From positions 51,922-115,921 of the forward strand of contig CBDFMP010000047.1 in NCBI GenBank assembly GCA_965249715.1: a DNA stretch of 64,000 bases, in the 5' to 3' direction. Each line of letters opens with the position of its first letter. Within the stretch, counting starts at the first letter, position 1. The notes beneath the pieces are model-generated. The model was given only the letters and a program-made list of their open reading frames with translations, ran no database searches and had not been told where the DNA came from. The position numbers and the translations under genes were made by a program. This stretch comes from Spirochaetota bacterium. Lineage in GTDB: Bacteria > Spirochaetota > UBA12135 > COTS27. This document shows positions 29,762-39,283 of the stretch, one piece after another.

Positions 29762-30985
29762 GTGCTTAGGTCACTGAGTGGCAGGATGACTGAGTACAAG
29801 GGTGTTAAGCGGGTGCCGCCGGTTACGGCGGGCATCATTGGGCTTGGACGCATTGCTTCTGGTTTGGAGGCGGATCTTTTGCGTGAAAAACCTTGTACGC
29901 ATGCTGGTGCCATGATGGCGGCTAAAAATGTTAATTTGGTGGCAGGCGCAGATCTTGCCAGTGCTGCACGTATGCGGTTTACGCAGCAATGGAAAGGGCA
30001 TAAGGAACTGCGTGTTTATCCTAGCGCAGCGGCGTTATTGCGCGCCCAGCGGCTGCAGCTTTTGCATATTGCCACACCGCCACACACACATTTAGCTATT
30101 TTAAAACAAGCTGTGCGGGCAGCCGTGCCTGTTGTGGTTTTGGAGAAGCCCATTGCCCCCACGCGTTTGGCTGTGGAACGGTTTTTGCAAACGTATTTGC
30201 GCGCAGATGGCAGCTTGCCGCCTACTTTTCCGCGTATTCTTATCAATCACGAACGGCGTTTTGCCAACGATTACCGGGCAGTCCGTGAGCTTATGCGCAC
30301 TCAGGCTTACGGAACATTGCTGAGTGTGACAGCACAGTTTTATAGCCGAACGCCTGCACGTGTTTTGGATTTAATGCTGCATGACGGTACACATCTTGTG
30401 GATGCTGTATTTTATTTCTTAGAAGCTGATGCTGCCAAAGCGGAAGCCGCTCGTCTCAGAAGTTTTGCGGGTACGGGGAAATGGTTATTGCCTATTCGGG
30501 ATTGGAAGACACTTGTCACTTCTGAGCGCCCGCGTGCAGGCAAACACTTCTCCGCCCAGCTCACGCGTGGCATAAAAGCTGCTGCCGCTAAAACTCAGCG
30601 TGCTGAGACACTTAATATTACTTTCAGCTACAATACACAACCAGCACACAAAAAACAATTGTGGGTGCCTGTTCATTTGGAATTTGGCAGCGGACGTGAG
30701 TATTTTCATTTTAAGGTGACGCTTAATTGCAGCCAGGGACGACTGCATATTGGCAATGGCATTCTTCAGGCTGAGCGTGCAGCTCCCAGTCCGTATTATG
30801 AAGGATTTCAATCGCTCAAAGCAGCTCCGCGACCGCTGCGGACACGGCGCACACAGGCTTTTGCCAATATGCTGCAAAGCGCTGTAACACTTGTACGCGA
30901 TGAACATGCCCCAAACCCGGCACCGCTGACCAGCGGCTGTTTGCCGCTTTTACTTAAACACACAGTAGAACGCGTATTGCAGTAG
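29762..30985 (+). CDS. Gfo/Idh/MocA-family NAD(P)-dependent oxidoreductase
   Basis: N-terminal Rossmann AGIIGLGRIASG. EKP motif (VVLEKPIAP) typical of this family. Likely real start is the ATG at 29786 (MTEYKG...). Confidence 0.75.
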   Translation: MLRSLSGRMTEYKGVKRVPPVTAGIIGLGRIASGLEADLLREKPCTHAGAMMAAKNVNLVAGADLASAARMRFTQQWKGHKELRVYPSAAALLRAQRLQLLHIATPPHTHLAILKQAVRAAVPVVVLEKPIAPTRLAVERFLQTYLRADGSLPPTFPRILINHERRFANDYRAVRELMRTQAYGTLLSVTAQFYSRTPARVLDLMLHDGTHLVDAVFYFLEADAAKAEAARLRSFAGTGKWLLPIRDWKTLVTSERPRAGKHFSAQLTRGIKAAAAKTQRAETLNITFSYNTQPAHKKQLWVPVHLEFGSGREYFHFKVTLNCSQGRLHIGNGILQAERAAPSPYYEGFQSLKAAPRPLRTRRTQAFANMLQSAVTLVRDEHAPNPAPLTSGCLPLLLKHTVERVLQ

Positions 30986-31052
30986 AACGCGTGTTGCGTT
31001 TTGTGTGACCGCTTGAACCATTGTGATGACACGTTAAGCTTCGGGAGTACCC

Positions 31053-31898
31053 ATGACAGACGCAGCTGATGATGGAACAAATGTCCCGCTTGTCCCGCTG
31101 CCAAGTACTTTGCGCCGGCAGCTTGAGCAGCTGGCAGCTGAGCTCCGCGCGTGTACTGGAGGGCGTGTACTTTTTATAACAGGCGCTGGTGTTTCGGCAG
31201 AATCGGGTTTGCCCACTTATCGCGGCACGGGCGGACTTTACAATCAGACTGTTACAGCAGCTGGGCTTCCTATTGAAACCGTGCTTTCTGGAACGGTTAT
31301 GCAAACACAACCTGCGCTGACTTGGAAATATTTACAGGCAATGGAACAGGCTGCGCGCGGAAAACAACCCAATGCAGCACATATTGCCATTGCGCAGTTT
31401 GAAGCGTTTTTTACAACCATTGTTCTGACGCAGAATATTGACGGGCTGCATACTCAGGCTGGTTCAGCTGCGGTTATTGAAATTCATGGCAGCCTTTACC
31501 GCTTGCGTTGTACGGCTGCTGCATGTCCATGGGAAGCGACGGTTGCCAATTATGCGCACTTAGCGCCGCTGCCGCATTGCCCACGTTGTGATGCACTTAT
31601 GCGTCCCTGTGTGGTTTTATTTGGTGAAATGCTTCCCGCAGCTGCGCTGGAACAGCTGGAGCAGGCGCTGGCGGAGCCTTTTGCAGCTGTTTTTATTGTG
31701 GGAACGACGGCTGTATTTCCTTATATTCGTGCACCGCTACTTGCCGCACAACAAGCCGATATTTTAACGGTTGAAATTAATCCAACTCCCACTGAGCTTT
31801 CCGCTGTATGCAAGTACAGTTTGCGAGCGCAAGCAGGAGCCGTCCTCAGTGCGCTTCATGCAATGCTTGCGGCGGGGGAAGAACAGCATGAAAAGTAA
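31053..31898 (+). CDS. cobB: NAD-dependent protein deacylase (sirtuin, CobB-like)
   Basis: 281 aa. GAGVSAESGLPTYRG, TQNIDGLH, catalytic HG, and Zn-binding CTAAAC...CPRCD pairs. Confidence 0.85.
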   Translation: MTDAADDGTNVPLVPLPSTLRRQLEQLAAELRACTGGRVLFITGAGVSAESGLPTYRGTGGLYNQTVTAAGLPIETVLSGTVMQTQPALTWKYLQAMEQAARGKQPNAAHIAIAQFEAFFTTIVLTQNIDGLHTQAGSAAVIEIHGSLYRLRCTAAACPWEATVANYAHLAPLPHCPRCDALMRPCVVLFGEMLPAAALEQLEQALAEPFAAVFIVGTTAVFPYIRAPLLAAQQADILTVEINPTPTELSAVCKYSLRAQAGAVLSALHAMLAAGEEQHEK

Positions 31899-32329
31899 AA
31901 AGCGGCAGCGAACGTTTACACCCTGCACGCGCTGTTCAACTTAGCTTGGCAATACTTGTTTGAGCGTGTTGAGCAGCTCCTTATTCGCGTTGTTATGCGC
32001 TTATGCGCCCTGTGTGGTTTTATTTGGTGAATGCTTCGCAGCTGCGCTTCATGCAATGCTTGCGGCGGGGGGGAAGGACAGCATGAAAAGTAAAAAGCGG
32101 CTGCGAACGTTTACACCCCGCGCGCGCTGTTCAACTTAGCTTGGCAGCAAGCACTTGTTTGAGCGTGTTGAGCAGCTCCTTATCCGCGTTGTTATGCGCT
32201 TAAGGCGTCCCTGTGTGGTTTTAACTTTGGTAGAACTGCTTCGCGCAGCTGCGCTGCAACAGCAGGAGCCGTCATCAGTGCGCTTCATGCAATGCTTGCG
32301 GCAGCGAACGTTTACATCCCGCGCGCTGT
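31899..32329. repeat. two extra ~195-bp tandem units between the convergent sirtuin and GT9 genes
   Basis: Each unit contains the sirtuin 3' end (gcgcttcatgcaatgcttgcggc), an internal sirtuin fragment (cognate at about 31585-31640, CDALMRPCVVLFGEMLP) and the GT9 3' end. The marker cttagcttggca recurs at about 31941 and 32136. The genuine copy is at 32331. Confidence 0.8.
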
Positions 32330-33532
32330 TCAACTTAGCTTGGCAGCAAGCACCTGTTTGAGCGTGTTGAGCAGCTCCTTATTTTGGTATTGTTTCATGC
32401 ACTGAATGTCATTGGGACAGTTTTTATTCAGACACCTATACGATGTGCGAATGGGCGCTTTTTTTATGTAAGGACAATCATAAGCTGCCATGAGCGCAGC
32501 ACTGTGCCTGCTGCGGGCAGTGGCTGCTAGTGCTTGAGCATAAACAGGACTTTGCCGTTCTCTGTTGGTGGGCCCAAAGCAGGTAATAACGGCTTTGCCC
32601 ATTAGCTCGGCAATATAGGCTGGCCCGCTGTCTGCTGCAATGACAAGCTGGGCAAGGCCGATGAGCGCAAACAATTCGCTCAGTGTGGTGGGCGGTGCAA
32701 GGATGATTTTTTGCGGATAGCTGCGCTGGACAGCCTGTGCCTGCGCAGCGTGTGCCTTGTGGGCACTGAGGATAAGCGGACTTTGGGTATGCGCATAAGT
32801 GGCATTGATGATGAGAGCCAGCAGCTCAGTGCCCAGGTCACGTGTATAAAAGGTGCTCCATGGGGCAAGGACAATGACACGTTTGAGGCCTGCTTGTTTG
32901 ATGAACTGGCGCATATGTTTGAGTGCTGCTGCGGCAAACTGAAAGCGAATGAGTGCATTCTGGAGCGCAGGCACTTCTCCTGCTGCTGCTGCAGCGGGTA
33001 CGCTTGCTGGGGTGTGCGGGGTTGTTGCTGGGGCTAGGCTGTGGTGCAGGGAGCTATGGATGCCAAGTGGTTTCAGCAACTCAAGATTTTTATCAATAAT
33101 GTTTAGCGCCTGCCCGCGCACGCGTGTACTGTACCACCAGTGACTGCCTTCACGGCTTTCTGCGGCACTAAAACCAATGTGCTTAACACCGCGCATGAGC
33201 CGCGCAATGATCGCCGATTTTAAAAGTCCCTGCGGATCAATGATGGCGTCATAATAACGGGCACGCAGACGATGTAAACAGCGTTCGCGTTTGAAGTGGC
33301 TGAGACTGCGGAAGCTACTTCGCAATGTGACTTTTTGTGGCAGCGGGATGCTGATGATTTCATCGACAGCACTAAAATGCGCCACCACCTCAGCAAATGC
33401 CTCAGCGACTACCCAGGTGATAAATAGCTGCTCGCCGCGCTCCCGATGATAGCTTTCCAGACGACTGAGCAGGATACTGCTGTGGAGGATATCGCCCATA
33501 GAAGAAAGGCGGACGATTGCGTAACGGATCAT
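32330..33532 (-). CDS. glycosyltransferase family 9 (ADP-heptose:LPS heptosyltransferase-like)
   Basis: 400 aa. N-terminal IVRLSSMGDILH is the hallmark GT9 motif (compare WaaC/WaaF). Confidence 0.8.
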   Translation of the reverse strand: MIRYAIVRLSSMGDILHSSILLSRLESYHRERGEQLFITWVVAEAFAEVVAHFSAVDEIISIPLPQKVTLRSSFRSLSHFKRERCLHRLRARYYDAIIDPQGLLKSAIIARLMRGVKHIGFSAAESREGSHWWYSTRVRGQALNIIDKNLELLKPLGIHSSLHHSLAPATTPHTPASVPAAAAAGEVPALQNALIRFQFAAAALKHMRQFIKQAGLKRVIVLAPWSTFYTRDLGTELLALIINATYAHTQSPLILSAHKAHAAQAQAVQRSYPQKIILAPPTTLSELFALIGLAQLVIAADSGPAYIAELMGKAVITCFGPTNRERQSPVYAQALAATARSRHSAALMAAYDCPYIKKAPIRTSYRCLNKNCPNDIQCMKQYQNKELLNTLKQVLAAKLS

Positions 33533-33622
33533 TGTTGCTGGCGGTACAATGTTAATAGGTGTGCTCTGAACGATTGTTTGGGTTGAACCAGCGTTGCTGT
33601 GTCCGCTGAGCGTGGTGATGAT

Positions 33623-34984
33623 TTAGTGGCTTTTAATACTTTGCTGGATGGGAGGGTGGGGGGTTTGGCGAAAACGAATTGCCCTCAGTGGCGTGCGATT
33701 GCCGAAGGAGTCGCTGCTGTAATAATACACCGTTCCACTTTCACTGAGCTTAAGCGGTGCGTTTAGCAGCTGCAGCTGCGGGGGAAGTTTGTGAACGGCA
33801 GCTTGCGGCTGGAACAACGCGTAAAGCTTAGCCGCTGGTGCATGGGCGTCTATGGCGCGCAGACTGAGCTGCAACTGCCCGCTGAATGATAGCGGTGTTT
33901 GCAGCAGGGCAGCCTGCTGTAACTGGCGCGTGGTTAGGGTTACCGCGGCTGCAGGTGGCGCTGGTATGGTTTGCGCGGAGAGCTTGATGACAGGAGCTGT
34001 ATTGTCAACAATGAACGTAAAAAAATAGCTGGCAACATTGCCAAGGGCATCGCTTATTGTCATCTTTAATTGATTGCTGGCATTGCGGTGGAGTGGGATG
34101 TCGCGCAGCGGGCTTCCGCGCACGCGGGCGTGCAAGTCAAGCGCCGCTGCTTTTTCGGCTGGAGTAAGCTCTAGCTGTGCACCGCCCTGTGTTGTTTTGG
34201 AAACCACAGGCGGCGGCGCGTCCATTAAAAAATAATAAGCGTAACGTTCTTTCACAGCAGCAGGAGTCTTGCCTGCAGCTGTTTTACTTAGTGGTGTGCT
34301 GGTGAGCTGAAGCTTGGCATGCTGCACAGCACTGCCTGCATCGCTGAAAATGAAACTGATGCTGGGTGTGGCAGCTGCCGATAGCTTGCCGTCCAGTACG
34401 TATGGGGTATGTTTGGAGTATTGCCCAAGAGCTGAAGCGGGCGCGTCAAGCTTGACAGCATTGGCGGGAAGCAGCGGCCATACGGCGCCGGGCTCTTCGT
34501 CAATATGAATATTTAAGCGGCGCGGCAATAGCTTTGCGGCTGGTTGCATTTGTCTGGGGCTAAGTGAAAACTGCTGCGCGTTTGTGGTGACAAAAACATG
34601 GAATGTATTGATGTAGAGACGGTTTTTATTGCTGAGCAACATGCCGCCATGGGCTTGTTGGCTTGTTTGGGCTAAGGCAGCAAGCTCAATTTTTACTAAG
34701 GTATTTTTTTTTACGAAAACATCAATTGTTGCTGCAGTTTGGCGCGTGACAACTTGATGATTTCTCTGCTGATAACTGAATGCGGAAATAATAACCGTTT
34801 CCTGTTGAACTTGCGCGGTTGTGCTTTTGCCGCCTGCTGGGATGAACGTATTTGTGAATGTGACGAAACTTAGTTTGGCTTCATCTGCACTCAGTGTTTT
34901 GGCAGCGGAAAGGCTTGTGGCGGTCTGGTAGTACGGCAGCTGTATAAAAAACAAACACAATCCCGTTAACAAATAGCGGCTCAT
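33623..34984 (-). CDS. secreted hypothetical protein
   Basis: 453 aa. N-terminal signal peptide (MSRYLLTGLCLFFIQL). No recognisable catalytic motifs. Confidence 0.5.
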   Translation of the reverse strand: MSRYLLTGLCLFFIQLPYYQTATSLSAAKTLSADEAKLSFVTFTNTFIPAGGKSTTAQVQQETVIISAFSYQQRNHQVVTRQTAATIDVFVKKNTLVKIELAALAQTSQQAHGGMLLSNKNRLYINTFHVFVTTNAQQFSLSPRQMQPAAKLLPRRLNIHIDEEPGAVWPLLPANAVKLDAPASALGQYSKHTPYVLDGKLSAAATPSISFIFSDAGSAVQHAKLQLTSTPLSKTAAGKTPAAVKERYAYYFLMDAPPPVVSKTTQGGAQLELTPAEKAAALDLHARVRGSPLRDIPLHRNASNQLKMTISDALGNVASYFFTFIVDNTAPVIKLSAQTIPAPPAAAVTLTTRQLQQAALLQTPLSFSGQLQLSLRAIDAHAPAAKLYALFQPQAAVHKLPPQLQLLNAPLKLSESGTVYYYSSDSFGNRTPLRAIRFRQTPHPPIQQSIKSH

Positions 34985-35001
34985 GACAATGTGATAATCT
35001 G

Positions 35002-35802
35002 TTAGCTCAATGCTGTGGAAGGAGGTTCCATAGCAGCGCTGTATTCGGCATAATTGCTCTGAACAGCGGTTTCAATGGCTTCCATCAGCTGAACTTTTGC
35101 AGTATTGGTGAGTTTATGCGGAACAACGGAAAGCGGCTTGCCAAAAACAACGGTCACGCGCGCAGGAGTAATGCGTAAACTGCCTTTGCGATGAATGGTG
35201 CGTGTGTTAATAAGCGCAGTTGGTACCAGCTGCACCGCGCGCGCCGATTGACGTGCAGCACTTGTTGTGTCTTCATTTGCGGCAATGACGCGTAAAGTGG
35301 AGAGCTTGAAAGGATTGAGACTGCCATCGCGGCTGCGTGTGCCCTCAGGGAAGACGATAAGCGAACGTTTGCCGCTGAGCACGGCATGGCGTACACATTG
35401 TAAATCACTGAGCGCGCGGCGTTTATGCTTGCGTGTTATGCTAAAATGTCCCATTTCACGCATGGCCCAGCCAAAGAGCGGGAGCTTAAAGTAAAACGGT
35501 TTTGAGAGGAAGACAACGGGAACAGGTATGACCGCCATCAGTGTGAAAATATCAAAACTGGACTGATGGTTGGCATAAAACACATAAGTGGCACCGGGCT
35601 CAAGGTGCTGAGTGCCGTGTGTGACAATGTGCGCACCGCTTGCACGCAGCATGGCTTGTGCCCAATTTTTTTCCAAGCGATGCAAGGCTTGCTGCCGTGT
35701 TTTACCGGCAGGCGTTATTGTCCGCAGCCATAAAAGCTTGAGCGAACCCATCACCACATAGGCTACGAGATAAAGATGCCAATAAAGACCCCGGAGATTC
35801 AT
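35002..35802 (-). CDS. plsC: 1-acyl-sn-glycerol-3-phosphate acyltransferase
   Basis: 266 aa. HxxxxD box (NHQSSFD) and the VFPEGTRSRDG motif. Confidence 0.8.
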   Translation of the reverse strand: MNLRGLYWHLYLVAYVVMGSLKLLWLRTITPAGKTRQQALHRLEKNWAQAMLRASGAHIVTHGTQHLEPGATYVFYANHQSSFDIFTLMAVIPVPVVFLSKPFYFKLPLFGWAMREMGHFSITRKHKRRALSDLQCVRHAVLSGKRSLIVFPEGTRSRDGSLNPFKLSTLRVIAANEDTTSAARQSARAVQLVPTALINTRTIHRKGSLRITPARVTVVFGKPLSVVPHKLTNTAKVQLMEAIETAVQSNYAEYSAAMEPPSTALS

Positions 35803-35855
35803 GGTTAGTAAATTTGGGCAGCTGAGTGCTGGCTGTGTTTTGGTGTACGCTGGTT

Positions 35856-36521
35856 TTAAATTTTGTAAACAGCTTTTTCGGTGATGACAATGTGGAGTTG
35901 TTCATCGTGCGATGCCAGCGGCAGCTCTGCCTGAAGCTGAAAATCAAAACAGACGCCAACCAGTAGCGGCAGTCTTTTTTGGGGGGTAGCCTTGCAGGCG
36001 GCAATGAATTCATCGTAATAACCTCCACCGCGTCCCAAGCGATAACACCTTGTATCAAAGAGCAGCCCAGGCACAAGGATGCACTCTATGTCCGCTAAGG
36101 GTAAAGGTTGTCCGTTAACGGGCACTGGAATATTGTAGCGTCCTGGCTTGATTTGTTCTGCCAGCAAAATTGTTTTGTTGGGGACGATGGGACTGAGCCG
36201 TGGGAAGGAAGGAGACATTGCAGCAGCCTCGGATTTTTTTAGAATCTGCGGCAATGCCAGCGTTTGGCTGGGATTGTGATGGATGGCAACGAGGACTGAG
36301 TGGATATTGACTTCGCTGCCAAAAGGATAATATCCCATGATGCAGTCAATGCTGTTTTTTTCGATAAATTTTAAGATCTGTGTGGCAATGGCGGAAGAAG
36401 TGCTTTTGTGAGCTTCGCTCTCTTTTGTGGCAAAAGCTTCGCGTTTAGCGAGGGCAGCTGTACGCAGAGCTGCTTTGTTATTTTCGGTTGACATGGCGAT
36501 GTCTGTGTTGGGGGCGTTCAT
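35856..36521 (-). CDS. 5-formyltetrahydrofolate cyclo-ligase
   Basis: 221 aa. ILVPGLLFDTRCYRLGRGGGYYDEF matches the MTHFS GxGxGYYD signature. C-terminal ...HDEQLHIVITE fits the family. Confidence 0.7.
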   Translation of the reverse strand: MNAPNTDIAMSTENNKAALRTAALAKREAFATKESEAHKSTSSAIATQILKFIEKNSIDCIMGYYPFGSEVNIHSVLVAIHHNPSQTLALPQILKKSEAAAMSPSFPRLSPIVPNKTILLAEQIKPGRYNIPVPVNGQPLPLADIECILVPGLLFDTRCYRLGRGGGYYDEFIAACKATPQKRLPLLVGVCFDFQLQAELPLASHDEQLHIVITEKAVYKI

Positions 36522-36600
36522 CAGTGTACTCCTTGATCAATAATAATGGCTGGGATTATTTTCGGCTTATACTTATTTTAAACTTAAAATCACTTTATGT

Positions 36601-37467
36601 TTAGCTTTTACGGGAATGTACTGTTTGTATGAATTTTATGCACATTGCAGCGAAAGCAGCTGGCTGCTCAACGTGCAGGAGATGGCTGGTGGCGGGCAAT
36701 GTTTGCAGCTGATAACGCGGGAAATAAGCACCAAGCTTGGCAGTTTCACGCGCGCCCATGTAGGGGCTGTTTTCAGCGCGGATAAATAACACGGGCAATG
36801 TAGCGATGGCACTGGTGCTAACGGGCTTTGGAATGGCGGCGATAACTTCAGCGCGGCGTTCATAAAGCACTGGCAGATTGCATTGCCAACTGAGCTTGAT
36901 GGGTCCGTTTTTGTGCGCTGGAAGAATTTTTAAATTTTTAAGCAGGAAATTTATCATGATAGGGCTTTTGATCACTGATGTTAAGTGTTTGGCTACAGCA
37001 GCGCGCGAATTAAAAGTGTTCAGCTTGAGCGCGTAAAGTGCTTTAACATAAGGTTCGCTGTAAGCACTGGCGTAGGCACAGGGAGCTATATCGCCAACGA
37101 TCACACACTGCAGCTTTATCTGTGCGCGCGCGGCAACAGCCATCGCCACTTTCCCGCCCATAGAATGACCGATGAGGATTGGCCGGCTTAGTTTGTGAAT
37201 ACGGATGAATGTTTCGATGTCTTCTGCCATAGCGGAATAACTCATGTCATCGGCATGCGGTGACATGCCGTGATTGCGAAGCTCTACCAAATAAAAATGT
37301 GCGCGTCCAGTACTGATGTGCAAACTGATGGCATTTTTCAGCCCCAGCATATTGCTGTGCGATGCCAGATAACCATGCAGCAAGATAAAATTTGCAGCTG
37401 TGGGCGCTGTAGCGGCGGAGTTTTGTGCTGTTATGCTAAAGTGTTTATAAAAAAGGCTCAGTGCCAT
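36601..37467 (-). CDS. alpha/beta-fold hydrolase
   Basis: 288 aa. Nucleophile elbow GHSMGG. Confidence 0.75.
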   Translation of the reverse strand: MALSLFYKHFSITAQNSAATAPTAANFILLHGYLASHSNMLGLKNAISLHISTGRAHFYLVELRNHGMSPHADDMSYSAMAEDIETFIRIHKLSRPILIGHSMGGKVAMAVAARAQIKLQCVIVGDIAPCAYASAYSEPYVKALYALKLNTFNSRAAVAKHLTSVIKSPIMINFLLKNLKILPAHKNGPIKLSWQCNLPVLYERRAEVIAAIPKPVSTSAIATLPVLFIRAENSPYMGARETAKLGAYFPRYQLQTLPATSHLLHVEQPAAFAAMCIKFIQTVHSRKS

Positions 37468-37487
37468 AGTATGACAGAGGGATGCGC

Positions 37488-37612
37488 TTAGTGAAGTGAG
37501 CTTAGTGAAGTGAGCTTAGTGAAGTGAGCTTAGTGGAGTGAGCTTAGTGAAGTGAGCTTAGTGGAGTGGGCTTAGTGAGTGGGCCTGGTTAGTGAGCTTG
37601 GTGGTGGGGGGG
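37488..37612. repeat. about seven tandem 14-bp units (gcttagtgaagtga) degenerating into a G9 homopolymer
   Basis: The tract lies between the yejF stop (37616) and the hydrolase start (37467), within ~100 bp upstream of the hydrolase gene. Confidence 0.85.
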
Positions 37613-37615
37613 GGC

Positions 37616-39283
37616 TTATGGTGGCGTTTTGGATAGGAATGCTGCAGCAAGCAAGCTTGCTGTGTAGGGATCTTTGGGTGTTTTAAAAATGTTTTTTGTG
37701 CTGCCCTGCGCACGGATAATGCCGTTTTGCATAACAATAATGTTATCGGCTAGTGCGCGAATAACGCGTAAATCATGCGATATGAACAGGTAGGCAAGTT
37801 GTGTTTCAGCTTGAATATTGAGCAAGAGGTCAATAAGTTTTTGTTCCAATGAAACATCCAATGAAGAGGTGGGTTCATCGAGGATGAGCAGCACGGGTTT
37901 AAGGATAAGCGCGCGTGCAATCGCCACACGCTGGCGTTCGCCGCCCGAAAATTCGTGCGGGTAGCGATTTTCCATCTTGCGGCTGAGTTCCACTTGTGCC
38001 ATGACGGCACGCACTTTCTGACTGAGCGCAGTGCGTGTGAGTGTGGGAGCATGCAGCCGCAGCCCTTCACTGATGATGTCAAAAATGGTCAGCCGCGGTG
38101 AAAGCGAGGCGAAAGGATCTTGAAAGACCACTTGCATGGTGCGCCGCAACGCACGCAGCTGCGCACCGCGTGCCTGGTGCAGCGGCGCGTCCGCCAATAA
38201 AATACTTCCACTGGATGGAATTAGCCGCAAAATCGCTAATGCCAATGAGCTCTTACCGGACCCGGATTCACCGATGACACCAAGTGTTTGCCCCGCCGCT
38301 AAACTAAAACTAAGCTCTTTAACGGCGTGAATACTTCCCAGCTGGCGTCTGAGCACAGCGGACTTAAGCGGATAATGGACATTGAGCTGAGCAACCTTGA
38401 GGACGGGCGATGCCAAGTTTTGATGTTTCAATACCCTGCGTGTGAGCGGCTTAGGCGAAGCATTGAATAATTCCCGTGTGTAAGCGGCCTTGGGGTTGGC
38501 GAGGACGGTTGCGGTGCGTCCTTGTTCAACAATTTTGCCGTGCCGCATGATCGCGACGTCGTCTGCAAAGTGGCGAACAAGATTGAGATCATGGGTGATG
38601 AAAAGATAACTGAGTTTGAAGCGTACTTGCAGCTCTTTGAGCAATTTTAAAATTTCAGCTTGTACCGTAACATCCAGCGCTGTCGTGGGTTCATCGGCAA
38701 TGAGCATTTCGGCTTTACCGGCAAGCGCCATGGCAATCATCACGCGTTGGCGTTGGCCGCCTGAGAGTTCGTGCGGGTAGCGCATGGCGAAGGCTTTTGT
38801 GGCGGGCAGCTGAACTTGTGTTAGCAGCTCTAAGCTGGCATCAAGGTTTTTACGCGCATGTTTGGTATTGCTGCCTTGGCGGATGTTTTCGGAGAGCTGT
38901 GCGAAAACGGTTTGCAATGGGTTGAGGGAAGTCATCGGGTCTTGAAACACATAGCTGATGCGTTTGCCGCGCAGGCGGCACAGCGCGCTGATGGGAATGT
39001 CTAGAATTTCCAGCTCGCCAAAACGAATACTGCCGCTCAGTTCCGGAAGAATGTGCGGCGGAATCAACCGTGTGAGCGCCAGCGCACTAAGCGATTTGCC
39101 CGACCCGGACTCGCCTACCAATGCCAGTGTGCGTTGACGTCTCAGTTTAAAGCTGATGCCGCGCACAACCTCGCTGCGCTGACCGTCAGAGGTAATGTTG
39201 ATGCGTAAATCCTTAACGGTGATGAGGGTTTGATCGCCTTTTATCTGTGACAATTGGGGGGAGTCAGCATGGGCGGTGTTCAT
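37616..39283 (-). CDS. yejF: peptide/microcin-type ABC transporter, fused double ATP-binding protein (YejF-like)
   Basis: 555 aa. Two complete ABC cassettes: GESGSGKS twice, plus [15 protein letters not shown] and [15 protein letters not shown]. Confidence 0.85.
   Translation of the reverse strand: MNTAHADSPQLSQIKGDQTLITVKDLRINITSDGQRSEVVRGISFKLRRQRTLALVGESGSGKSLSALALTRLIPPHILPELSGSIRFGELEILDIPISALCRLRGKRISYVFQDPMTSLNPLQTVFAQLSENIRQGSNTKHARKNLDASLELLTQVQLPATKAFAMRYPHELSGGQRQRVMIAMALAGKAEMLIADEPTTALDVTVQAEILKLLKELQVRFKLSYLFITHDLNLVRHFADDVAIMRHGKIVEQGRTATVLANPKAAYTRELFNASPKPLTRRVLKHQNLASPVLKVAQLNVHYPLKSAVLRRQLGSIHAVKELSFSLAAGQTLGVIGESGSGKSSLALAILRLIPSSGSILLADAPLHQARGAQLRALRRTMQVVFQDPFASLSPRLTIFDIISEGLRLHAPTLTRTALSQKVRAVMAQVELSRKMENRYPHEFSGGERQRVAIARALILKPVLLILDEPTSSLDVSLEQKLIDLLLNIQAETQLAYLFISHDLRVIRALADNIIVMQNGIIRAQGSTKNIFKTPKDPYTASLLAAAFLSKTPP

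Noticed and set aside
31053-31898. Sir2-domain protein as a defence effector (Thoeris, DSR or SIR2-HerA-like)
   Set aside because: It has the complete canonical sirtuin signature, including both Zn-binding Cys pairs and the catalytic His. It is of ordinary CobB size and has no partner genes. It reads as a housekeeping deacylase.
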